A stretch of 64,000 bases of DNA from Corallochytrium limacisporum Hawaii. Lineage: Eukaryota; Protista; Pluriformea. The notes under the pieces were generated by a model. The model had not been told where the DNA came from, ran no database searches, and was given only the letters and a program-made list of their open reading frames with translations. The stretch lies in NCBI GenBank assembly GCA_002811645.1, contig PDIP01000043.1:18437-82436 (forward strand). The letters are read 5' to 3'. The first letter of the stretch is position 1; each line of letters begins with the position of its first letter. Below, one piece after another: positions 55,327-64,000 of the stretch. Both the position numbers and the translations under genes were made by a program.

Positions 55327-57162
55327 ATGGGTAAGAAATCTGCGCTTCCGAAGGGAAACTCCAAGGCCGCCAAGGCCGAACGGGCCCGAATTTTGGCGGA
55401 GCGCGAGAAGGAGCGTCAAGCAGCCAAGAAAGCCGCTGCTGACCAGGACAACGGCGGTATCTACGAGGAAGAGACCATTATGTCCCCCAACGGTGCTCCG
55501 TATCCGCACTTCATTCGCACCGGTCACAACAAGTCCAACGAAGGCATCGCAGAGTTCGACATTCAGTGCGAGAACATTGACGTTGGCTTCCGAGGTCTGA
55601 ATCTGATCGACAATGCGAGCATTCAGCTGGTCGGTGGCCGCAAGTACGGTTTAGTGGCGCGGAACGGTATGGGCAAGAGTACTCTGATGAGGGCCATCAG
55701 TAGCCGGCAACTACCGATCCCGAAGCACATTCGCGTCATTCACGTAGAGCAGGAAGTTGTTGGTGACGACACTACCGCTCTCCAGTCAGTGATCAATAGT
55801 GATGAGGAGTACGTGTGGCTGAAAGCTGAGGAGATCTATCTAAAGAATCAGGGCGCCGATGCAAACCATAAGGGTCTGCACGAGGTCTACGAGCGTCTCA
55901 CTGAGCTCGACGCAGATGGGGCGGAGGCCCGGGCGGCCAAAATCTTGTTCGGTCTTGGCTTTGACGAGGAAATGCAGAACAAACCGACCTCGGACTTCTC
56001 CGGTGGCTGGCGTATGCGGATTTCCATTGCTCAGGCCCTGTTCAACCAACCCGACCTGCTCCTGCTAGACGAACCGAACAATCATTTGGATGTGGAAGCC
56101 AGCGTCTGGCTTGAAAACTACCTGCGCAAGTGGAAGAACACCATTCTTATCACTAGTCACGAGCGTGGTTTCCTCAACGCTGTGTGTACCGACATTATCT
56201 TTTTGCACCGCAAGAAACTTTGGCATTTCCGCGGCAACTACGACGCATTCGCTCAGGCGCGTGCCGAGCGCATGCGTCATTTGTGGGCCCAGAAGAAGTC
56301 CCAGATGAATGCTACCAGTCGGCTCAAAGCTTACATTCAGAAGAATCAGCACGGTCACAAGAAGATGGCACGGCAGGCCCAGTGTCGCATGAAATTGCTG
56401 TCGAAGCTGGAGGAGAACCGGGTGGAGGTCGATCTGGATGACCCCGCCATCAAATTTAGTTTCCCTGACCCTGAGTTCCTGGCAACCCCTATCCTTACGT
56501 TCCGGGACGTCGAGTTTGGGTACACCAAGGATAAGATCATGTTCCGGGATCTCAACTTTGGTATCGATTTGGACAGCCGTGTGGCCTTGGTCGGTGCCAA
56601 CGGTGTGGGTAAGAGCACACTCATGAAGGTACTGGCAGACCAACTCACTCCAACTGATGGTCACGTCAGCAAGAATCCGAAAGCGCGCGTAGGATACTTC
56701 ACACAGCATCATATTGACCACGTAGATTTCGAGAAGAGCGCTTTGAATCACTTCCGCAGTATCTTCGACGCCGAGGAGCAGGAAGTACGTAAGCATCTTG
56801 GTGGTTTCGGTCTCTCCGGCGACAACGCCCTGAAGCCCATCAAGTTGCTCAGCGGTGGTCAGAAATCGCGTGTTGTGTTCGCTGAATTGGCTTGGCGCGT
56901 GCCGCACATCATGTTGCTCGACGAACCGTCGAACCATTTGGACCTGGAGACCATTGAGGGCCTGTCCACGGCCCTAAACTTGTGGGAAGGTGGCCTTGTG
57001 CTGATTTCACACGATGAGCGTCTCATTGACAGTGTCTGCGATGAGATATGGATTGTTGGCAATCACACTGTAACCATTTGGGACGGTGACTTCAAGTCCT
57101 ACAAGGAGCATCTTGCCGAACAGATGGGTTTGCTGGAAGACGACGATGGTGATGAGTACTAA
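55327..57162 (+). CDS. ABC-F family translation-associated ATPase
   Basis: Two nucleotide-binding domains (NGMGKST/FSGGWRMR/LLLDEP and NGVGKST/LSGGQKSR/LLDEP) and no TM segments. Confidence 0.95.
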   Translation: MGKKSALPKGNSKAAKAERARILAEREKERQAAKKAAADQDNGGIYEEETIMSPNGAPYPHFIRTGHNKSNEGIAEFDIQCENIDVGFRGLNLIDNASIQLVGGRKYGLVARNGMGKSTLMRAISSRQLPIPKHIRVIHVEQEVVGDDTTALQSVINSDEEYVWLKAEEIYLKNQGADANHKGLHEVYERLTELDADGAEARAAKILFGLGFDEEMQNKPTSDFSGGWRMRISIAQALFNQPDLLLLDEPNNHLDVEASVWLENYLRKWKNTILITSHERGFLNAVCTDIIFLHRKKLWHFRGNYDAFAQARAERMRHLWAQKKSQMNATSRLKAYIQKNQHGHKKMARQAQCRMKLLSKLEENRVEVDLDDPAIKFSFPDPEFLATPILTFRDVEFGYTKDKIMFRDLNFGIDLDSRVALVGANGVGKSTLMKVLADQLTPTDGHVSKNPKARVGYFTQHHIDHVDFEKSALNHFRSIFDAEEQEVRKHLGGFGLSGDNALKPIKLLSGGQKSRVVFAELAWRVPHIMLLDEPSNHLDLETIEGLSTALNLWEGGLVLISHDERLIDSVCDEIWIVGNHTVTIWDGDFKSYKEHLAEQMGLLEDDDGDEY

Positions 57163-57354
57163 GTACGGAGAATCTTTTGTTAGTGAAATAGATTCGACAA
57201 TGGACATTTCCCCTTTGGAAAATAGCAACGCAAAACTGTCGTTGAGTAGTAATAAAACACATGGTAATACTTTGTGGTATTCTATGATGGACATTATGCT
57301 TGAAAGCCTTCGTCTAAAACGAAAATGAAAAGTAAATGGACACTGGGGCTTGAC

Positions 57355-58692
57355 TTAGAACAGGCTCATGAAGGAGCGGGCCAGCTGAGGGTTCTCGCGG
57401 ATCTGATCCTGGCGCTGCTCGAGGTTCTTGTTGAGCACATTGCCACGATACTGCAGGTCCTTGGCCTTCTCAACAACCTGGTGGTAGATGGAGGTGTACT
57501 GCATGCCCATGATCACCTGGTGCTTGCTGGAGTCAATCTTAGCGTCAAGGCGAGCGTTGCGGATCAGGTTCACGATCCACCGTTCGGCCTCACCAGCATC
57601 CATGTCGAGCTTCTCAGCCAGCATGTTGATATCAATTACCTGGTGGATGGAACAGTAAGTCTCAAAGATATCCAGACGGGCCATGTCAATCAGCTCATCC
57701 TTTACAGCCACCAGGAAGAAGTCATTGCTCAGCAGCTCGTTACATTCTCGCATCTTGTTCTGGGCGGCGTCAAAATCATAGTTGACGTGCAGGCACTCGA
57801 CCAACTCCGTGACAGGGTCACGGTACGTGTACGCCTCCTGTTTGATAACCTCGACAAGGTCCTTGAGGTCCTTGCTCGCCTGCCTCCGTCCACGGCTAAG
57901 GATGACAGCTGCGGTCAAGTAGCGGAGAATGTGGGTGCAGTTGGTCTGGATGGTGTTCATATAGGCAGGAGTGAAGCAGAGCTGGATGAACTCCTCCTTG
58001 CCCTTCGGGTGGTTGAAGAATACAAACAGACCCCAATGAATCAGCCACGTGCGCTGCTGGAGTTGTTCGAGCGGGTTGTTGTAGCTCTTATTCTCAATGG
58101 CCTCTTTCAGGCGCTGCATCTCCTCCAGGGCACTGTCCCAATTTTGCATGAGGATTTCGCAAGCGAACTTGCCCCACAAAGCACTGAAGCTCTTGTCGTG
58201 GTCCTGGCTAAGGATACGGTAGTCGTAGAGGTAGGCAGCAGCGGCCTCGTAATTACCGGATTCATACAGAATCTTCGCGTAGCGGTATACCGTCTCCAGA
58301 GTCGACGGGTCAAAGTTGTACTTTTCCTTCAGATACTGCATGTTGTACTGCATGTCTTGGCGCATGTGCTGCAGGACTTCAGGGTCTTCCCACAGGAAGC
58401 TCATCTTTTGACTGTCCTCCTGGAGGGCCTTGATCTCTTCCAGAACCTCCTCACGACGCTTGCCCAGGTCTTCTGGGACATCCTCTGTTTCGTGCAGCTG
58501 CTGCCAGACCCCAATGCTGAAATCAACCATGTTAGTCTTGTTCAGAAATTCCAAACGGGTTTTCAAGAGCTCCTTCTGGTCATAAATATCCTGCATACTC
58601 AGAAATTCCAGCAGAGGAACCATCAAATGACGGTCCAGATTGTATGCCAGAATACTGGTCAGATCATACTGTGCCATCTTTGCGGTGGCCAT
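57355..58692 (-). CDS. EIF3E: Translation initiation factor 3 subunit E
   Basis: MAQYDLT...LDRHL..PLLEFL, LQQRTWLIHW and a PCI domain (WIVNLIRNARLDAKID). ATG in aaccATGG context at 58692; alternative start at 58677. Confidence 0.97.
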   Translation of the reverse strand: MATAKMAQYDLTSILAYNLDRHLMVPLLEFLSMQDIYDQKELLKTRLEFLNKTNMVDFSIGVWQQLHETEDVPEDLGKRREEVLEEIKALQEDSQKMSFLWEDPEVLQHMRQDMQYNMQYLKEKYNFDPSTLETVYRYAKILYESGNYEAAAAYLYDYRILSQDHDKSFSALWGKFACEILMQNWDSALEEMQRLKEAIENKSYNNPLEQLQQRTWLIHWGLFVFFNHPKGKEEFIQLCFTPAYMNTIQTNCTHILRYLTAAVILSRGRRQASKDLKDLVEVIKQEAYTYRDPVTELVECLHVNYDFDAAQNKMRECNELLSNDFFLVAVKDELIDMARLDIFETYCSIHQVIDINMLAEKLDMDAGEAERWIVNLIRNARLDAKIDSSKHQVIMGMQYTSIYHQVVEKAKDLQYRGNVLNKNLEQRQDQIRENPQLARSFMSLF

Positions 58693-59259
58693 GGTTATTG
58701 CTCCCAAAAAATGTGTTGGCTTGAAACTTCTACAATTACTGAAAATATTCCCGATACCACAAGCTACCCTATTTCTGAATTTGGAACTGTTGATCCCGAA
58801 TTCCTTTTGTAGGTGTAGACGTCGAGATCTCTTCACGTCCGTTGTCTTGTTTCTTTATCGTTACTTGAGTTCGTTGCGAACACTATTCTACAAATTTCTC
58901 ATTGAGGTCCCAAATAGCCAAAATCCAACCTAGGGCCTAACGAAAATTGCTAAAACGTTTCGAATCAAGCTGCACCGTAAAGGAATGCCGCTTATTGCTC
59001 TTCCGCTCAATGAGTCGCGCTGGGCAAAAGGCCTCGGTGCGATATGTACACCTGTGTGTTCACACATAGACCATACACATGCAGCAGGGGTCCTGAACAG
59101 GGGCCAACACGCGCAGACTTGACTTTTGTCTTGGTATCCCGAGGGCCCAGCCACTCAAACGAAACAACGAGGGGAAGCCGTTGCAGGCCCCAACAACAGA
59201 CTGTTCACAAAAGCACTGACACTCTTGCACGCATGCCCTGAAGCATATATACATACATG

Positions 59260-59291
<32 letters not shown>
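59260..59291. repeat. Compound (TA)n(TG)n microsatellite
   Basis: TA run directly followed by a TG run. Confidence 0.9.
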
Positions 59292-59839
59292 CGTGTTCGT
59301 GTGCGTGTGCGTGTACGTGGGCCATAGTGAAACAAGAGACAGCCAGAGAGCGAACCAGGGGGACCAAAGGAGAAAGTGCGAGGGCGGTGGAGCCAACCCC
59401 CCCCCCCCCCCCTTTGTTCGCCTTTCCTCTACTTTTACTTTTACCAAGCCACCTCCACCACTTTCCTCTTGCCTCCCCCACGTGTGGTCGGACAGTCGCG
59501 GTAGTGGGAGCTCCACAACGATAAAAACGCGAAAACGGAGGAACGAAGGCGACGAATCACATATTCTTTGATTCGCAGTTGTGGGGTGCCTCCCCCCCCG
59601 GGGGGGGGGGTTGTTGGCAAAGTGGACGCTGTCCAAAATGACTGGGCCGGGGGACAGGCGTGGTGAATCATTGCCGTTGGTCCACGGTGTCAAACCAGAT
59701 AGCTTGGTATCGCAGACTGCTGAACCAGGACAGGCATAAGCTACGATGAATCAGATCTATTTATGTATGGATTTTGAGAGCCTGGACATCAGGCCCATGA
59801 TAATGCTGATAAGTTTCAGTGCCCCAGTCCCGGACTTTA

Positions 59840-61099
59840 TCATTGCTGCTTGCACTTGCTCACATCTTTGACCTTGGCAGCAGGCGCTTGACGCAGATTA
59901 AGTTCAGACGAATGATCCGCTATGCTGTCTCTGCGAGGTAGGGAAAGTGTGGACCCGTGCCGTGAAAGACTGACGCGACTGAGACTGCGTTGCAGATCAC
60001 CAAGAGAGTCCACGCTGCCCTTGTACATGTTTTCCAGGTAGGGCAGAAGCGTGGTACTGCGGTACGGATCCTCCTCGCTCACTGGAAGTAATACCTCAGG
60101 CTCCGTCTTCTCCTTGGCCGCCTTGAACCATTCATGATGCTTAATCTGCTCAATGGAGTATCGTGTTCTATCATCGACATCCAAGAGTCCCTTGATAAAA
60201 TCTTGGCAGGTTTCGGGCACAGAGTCCGGAATTGTGTACTCTCCCTTGCCAATTGCCTCAAAGAGGTTATAAATGTTCTCACCTTCGAAGGGGTACCCAC
60301 CCGTCATAAAATTGTACAGTGTAATGCCTGCAGCCCATATATCAACCTTGGCACCCATGAACTCCTCCCGACCGTTGGCAATCTCCGGTGGTTGGAAGGC
60401 AGGGGATCCGCTACTGGTCTTGCATGTATCATCTGGCGCAAACTGATCAATGCTGTCGCTGACACCCAAGTCACATATCTTGACTGTGTTGTCTAGGCTA
60501 AGCAAAAGATTACCCGGCTTAATATCCCGGTGGATAATGTTCTGGGAGTGCAAATATTCCAGGCCGTTGATGAGCTGTTTGAAGTAGTAGTGGGCCTGCC
60601 ACTCCGGAAACCTGTTCTCCGGTGCAGACTCCAAAAGCTCCTGTAATCCACCCACACAGAATTCCAGGACCAAATACATCTTTTGTTTCTCTTCATTGTA
60701 CAAGACGTCTATCAACTGAATGACATTCTCATGCTTCAGTTTCTGCATCAGGCTAATCTCCCTCTTAACGTTCTGTTCCCCGTTAGGGATCTTCCGCAGT
60801 TTCCTCTTCTTTAAGATTTTGATGGCCAGGCGGTCCAATGTGTCACTGTCAATCGCCTCCTTTACTTTTCCGTAGCTCCCTTCACCCAACATGTCCCCCA
60901 GCAAGTATTTGCCAACCAATTTGGGGGTCTTTTTCTTCGGTTGGTAAAGGATCTGCGACGAATTTATTCTCTGGAAGAACAGATTCGGTTGAGACTCCGT
61001 TCCAGCCCGTAGGCTGTTCATACTGATCACCTTTGGGGAAGGACTCATATCAGGGTCACCTTCTTTGTCACTGTCTTCGCCGATTTTAAAAGTCGCCAT
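59840..61099 (-). CDS. STK11: Serine/threonine kinase LKB1
   Basis: [45 protein letters not shown] and [13 protein letters not shown] motifs; C-terminal CKQQ. Confidence 0.95.
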   Translation of the reverse strand: MATFKIGEDSDKEGDPDMSPSPKVISMNSLRAGTESQPNLFFQRINSSQILYQPKKKTPKLVGKYLLGDMLGEGSYGKVKEAIDSDTLDRLAIKILKKRKLRKIPNGEQNVKREISLMQKLKHENVIQLIDVLYNEEKQKMYLVLEFCVGGLQELLESAPENRFPEWQAHYYFKQLINGLEYLHSQNIIHRDIKPGNLLLSLDNTVKICDLGVSDSIDQFAPDDTCKTSSGSPAFQPPEIANGREEFMGAKVDIWAAGITLYNFMTGGYPFEGENIYNLFEAIGKGEYTIPDSVPETCQDFIKGLLDVDDRTRYSIEQIKHHEWFKAAKEKTEPEVLLPVSEEDPYRSTTLLPYLENMYKGSVDSLGDLQRSLSRVSLSRHGSTLSLPRRDSIADHSSELNLRQAPAAKVKDVSKCKQQ

Positions 61100-61758
61100 G
61101 GTTGCTAACTAGCTTGTTGTTCTTACCGGTATTGTGGCAGACAACTCCCGATTCCTACGTGTTTTTCTCTTTTAAATTCTATCCACCATTGCAGGCAGTG
61201 AAATATCCAATGGTCTTCATTCTTGTGGCGTGTATCACATGTGGATCAGGAGAAACACTCATGTACTAGCTGACAAGGGAACTAACAAGACACGGTGTAC
61301 TTCTGCGCAGTGCGCGCCAAGTGTGATTTCAAATACCACTATGCGTAGCAGTGGCATACACCAACACATGCACCGAGAATCTCCTCAAACCTGTACCCGG
61401 GACGACGTTCCTCTACACAACCAGATAATACTTGCGTACACTGCGGTTTGAACCCCCGGTTAATGTTATCATTCGCAGCGTTTATTGAAAGTCAGACACA
61501 GTCAATGGCACTGCTTCCTTCCGCTCACCGCTCTCCCCCGCTCCGCAGCAGCACGGAGGTTCTTCCCACCTGGGTTTCCAACGGCGGGTGGTCTGGGGGC
61601 ACCGCAGGTTTTGCGCCCCTCCCCTCTCCCGGCCTAGGCGCGCGCTCTCTCTCTCTCGCGGTGTGTGTGTGTGTCGCTGACGGTCCCCCCACCTCTCCTC
61701 CTCCTCCTCCTCCGCTTCCCTCCCCGCGGACGGGAGCTGGGGGGGGTGCCTGAGGATA

Positions 61759-61830
61759 ATCGAAGGGCCGAAAATTGCCTCGGCGTTCTCCGCCATCGAA
61801 GGGCCGAAAATTGCCTCGGCGTTCTCCGCC
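61759..61830. repeat. Perfect 36-bp tandem duplication
   Basis: ATCGAAGGGCCGAAAATTGCCTCGGCGTTCTCCGCC x2 with no spacer, about 660 bp upstream of LKB1. Confidence 0.95.
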
Positions 61831-62746
61831 TGCCGCTGCGCTGCTGCACCGCTCCCATTCCCAAGTGCTGTCCGCGTAAGACCCGGGCTGGCTATTTAGG
61901 CAGGTCCTCGGGGCTGGCTCACCACCGCACGGCTGAGGCGCCCGTAGCTACCGAGCGCCCACTGTACAAAAACTACGGGCGAAGAAGGACATAGAAAAAG
62001 AAATAATCCAAAAAAAAAATGAGAGAGAGAGAGCCGGCCGCCAAAACGGTAAAACACACGTCCGTTGGCACGAACCCCGGGGTGAGAGAAATTGGGAGTG
62101 CAGGTACCACCACGCAAGCTGGCTCTGTGGTAGGTTTTCCACTATTCTTTCCCCCGACCGCCGCCCGGGGGGGAGGGGGGAGGGACCAAGGAGGGTGGGG
62201 AAGGGAGAGGCAAAGGGGGGGGGGAAGGAACCCATTCGGACGCACACACCCCTACCCCTCTCCCACTTGCCCTTGTGTGTTTCCACTTCTATTTTCTGTA
62301 ATAAACTTTTTGGGCCTTTGGAACGTTGTTATATACAATTGCTACCTCTGCTGTCTCCCCCCTCTCCCCGGTCCCTCCCCGCGCCGGGGGAGAGAGGAGG
62401 AGGAGAGGGTCCCCCCCCTCCCCGCAAACTTTAAAAAAGTAGAAAAAGCCTTCGGGTCCTTCGGAGGGAACGGACACAGAGACGGGTGGCTGTCGGCTTT
62501 TAACAAAAAAAGGTACCCGCTCTAACGCGGCTTCCCCTTTTTTCTTTTTCTTTCTTTTGGCTCCCTTTGGCTTTTTCGAAAACTTTCGTCTCCGGGGGCT
62601 CGGGGTGAACAAGGAGGAAGCCCGGCGATGTTGGTTAGCGGGCTGTTGGCTCCCCGCTCCCTTTCCTTTCCTCCCGGGTTCCCCCTCCCCCTTTTTTTTC
62701 CTTTTCTACTCTTTGCCCTTTTAGCCCCCCTTTTTTTTTCTCCCCG

Positions 62747-62769
62747 CTCTCTCTCTCTCTCTCTCTCTC
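62747..62769. repeat. (CT)n microsatellite
   Basis: CT run within a pyrimidine-rich tract. Confidence 0.9.
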
Positions 62770-64000
62770 GCTCCGTCTCCGTTTTCCTGGCGACTTGACC
62801 TCGTTCCTCTTTTCCTTTCCTCCCGCCAACAACAACAAAAAGGGAAAAAAAAGCAGTCGCTGAATATCATTGTTTCATTACTGATTCTTCCCATCGCGAT
62901 GATTGTAGTTTTCTGTGATTGAAGACAGTGTTGTGATGGGCAGGGTAAGGCGAACCCACCAATCAGAGCGAAAGAAAATAACCAAAAAAAAAAGGAGAAA
63001 ACAGACCATAAATTCTATACTACGGCCATACTGCCTGGTCAAACCAAAAAGAAAAAGAAAATATAACAGAATGGAAAGGAGATGGCGAAGGGCGGCGAGT
63101 CCGTGATCCCAGCATGTGGGGGTGCCTAATACTGTCACCCCCACCATCCGGGGTCCCCCTTGCGGTGTAATATTTTAATTCACTCGCTTTTTTTTCTTTC
63201 TTTTTTTTTTTGCGCGCTTTGGCCCTCCCCCCCTCCCTTCTCTACCGAGGAGAAGAAAAAGAGGGAGAGGGGGGTGGGATGGGGTGGGCAGGCACGGTGC
63301 AGGGGAAGGGAGAGAGGAGAGTGGAAGAGACGGGGGTTGTGGGGCGTTTAGCGGGGGGGACCCAAACAGCAAACAACCGAACAGAAAATGGACTCCGTCG
63401 ACTCCACCTGGCCGTAGGTCGGTAGGCACACGGGCAAAAAGGCGGGGAGGAGAAGGGGAGGGGAGGGGGGAGGCCGGACAAAACCCGGACCAAGGACACC
63501 GACCACCAACCCTCCTGCTCGGCAGGGAACGGTCCGGATGTTGTTCCCTTTGTGACTAAGCCCCGCTGCCCGCCGGAACGGATGCGCGCGATCCCCTGGT
63601 TTTTTCTTGCAAAAAAAGACGAAGGACCACCCGTCGTCGTCCCCCCAGCTTACCCACCTTGTGGAATTTGTTTTGTTCTTATAGATTCAGCCCAGTCCAT
63701 TCGGGCACGAGTGCCCGTGCGCGGCCTAACGCTCCCGCTCGGGTTGGTTCACAGGGAACGGCGTGATACACGGTGCCCTCGAACGGAGCGAATGCAAACA
63801 CCAGCCACCAGATCTTTGGAACCGTGATCTTTTGACTTTTGCATCTGACTACATCTGAATTGGGGCTGTCAAATATGGCAGGCACCACAAAGGAGGGCTG
63901 TGATCCCGGTTTAGTCTTTATTCCACCTGATACCACCCTCTGTCTGAGAATATTGTATCAAATCTACTCATTTTGATTTAGCTCTGCCGTCGCTTGGGAG

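Noticed and set aside
56065-56937. 290-aa minus-strand ORF
   Set aside because: Antisense shadow of the ABC-F gene.
57179-57185. CACTAAC on the minus strand downstream of eIF3e (also TACTAAC at 43233-43239)
   Set aside because: No convincing upstream donor, and no acceptor at the 33-36 nt spacing seen in the supported introns.
57325-58812. 495-aa plus-strand ORF
   Set aside because: It is the exact antisense shadow of eIF3e, expected from strong codon bias, and has no protein-like motifs.
61759-61830. CRISPR-like repeats (36-bp here and 30-bp at 54266/54498)
   Set aside because: Only two copies each, no unique spacers, no cas genes, and a eukaryotic context.
1-64000. Transposons, an endogenous viral element or rRNA
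   Set aside because: No transposase, reverse transcriptase, integrase, capsid or rRNA sequence was recognised. The virus-like SSB gene stands alone among host genes.

Overview
Eukaryotic nuclear DNA from a compact, almost intron-free genome. The gene content looks holozoan: LKB1 ending in CKQQ, an anoctamin, SVIP, LEM-like domains and a CFAP206 fragment. This profile would fit a unicellular animal relative such as Corallochytrium, but that is inference and was not checked. About 26 protein-coding genes are present, nearly all single-exon. Recognisable ones are HAUS1, DCC1, PP2A-C, WDR26, DLST, ADPRM, PSMC3, a DnaJ, SVIP, an anoctamin, an ABCF, eIF3e, LKB1, an RBR E3 ligase, three ankyrin proteins and a partial mitochondrial carrier. 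Several more look prokaryote- or virus-like: a cupin, RraA, DDAH, ChaN, a membrane-anchored PPP-type phosphatase and a gp2.5/NCLDV-like SSB. Genes sit mostly in tight tail-to-tail pairs (134-257 bp apart), while the 5' spacers hold low-complexity islands with recurrent poly-C/poly-G palindromes. There are three N-gaps, all bordered by G or C runs. The best candidate for novelty is an apparently mitochondrion-targeted, giant-virus/T7-gp2.5-like single-stranded DNA-binding protein (7856-8875). Others are a soluble triple-LEM protein starting 56 nt after SVIP, a CFAP206 reduced to its TQT-motif tail, a bacterial-type cupin carrying the only clear coding intron, and strong intron signals just after the DCC1 stop codon. 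No rRNA, tRNA, CRISPR array or transposon was recognised. All family assignments are by eye; no search was run.
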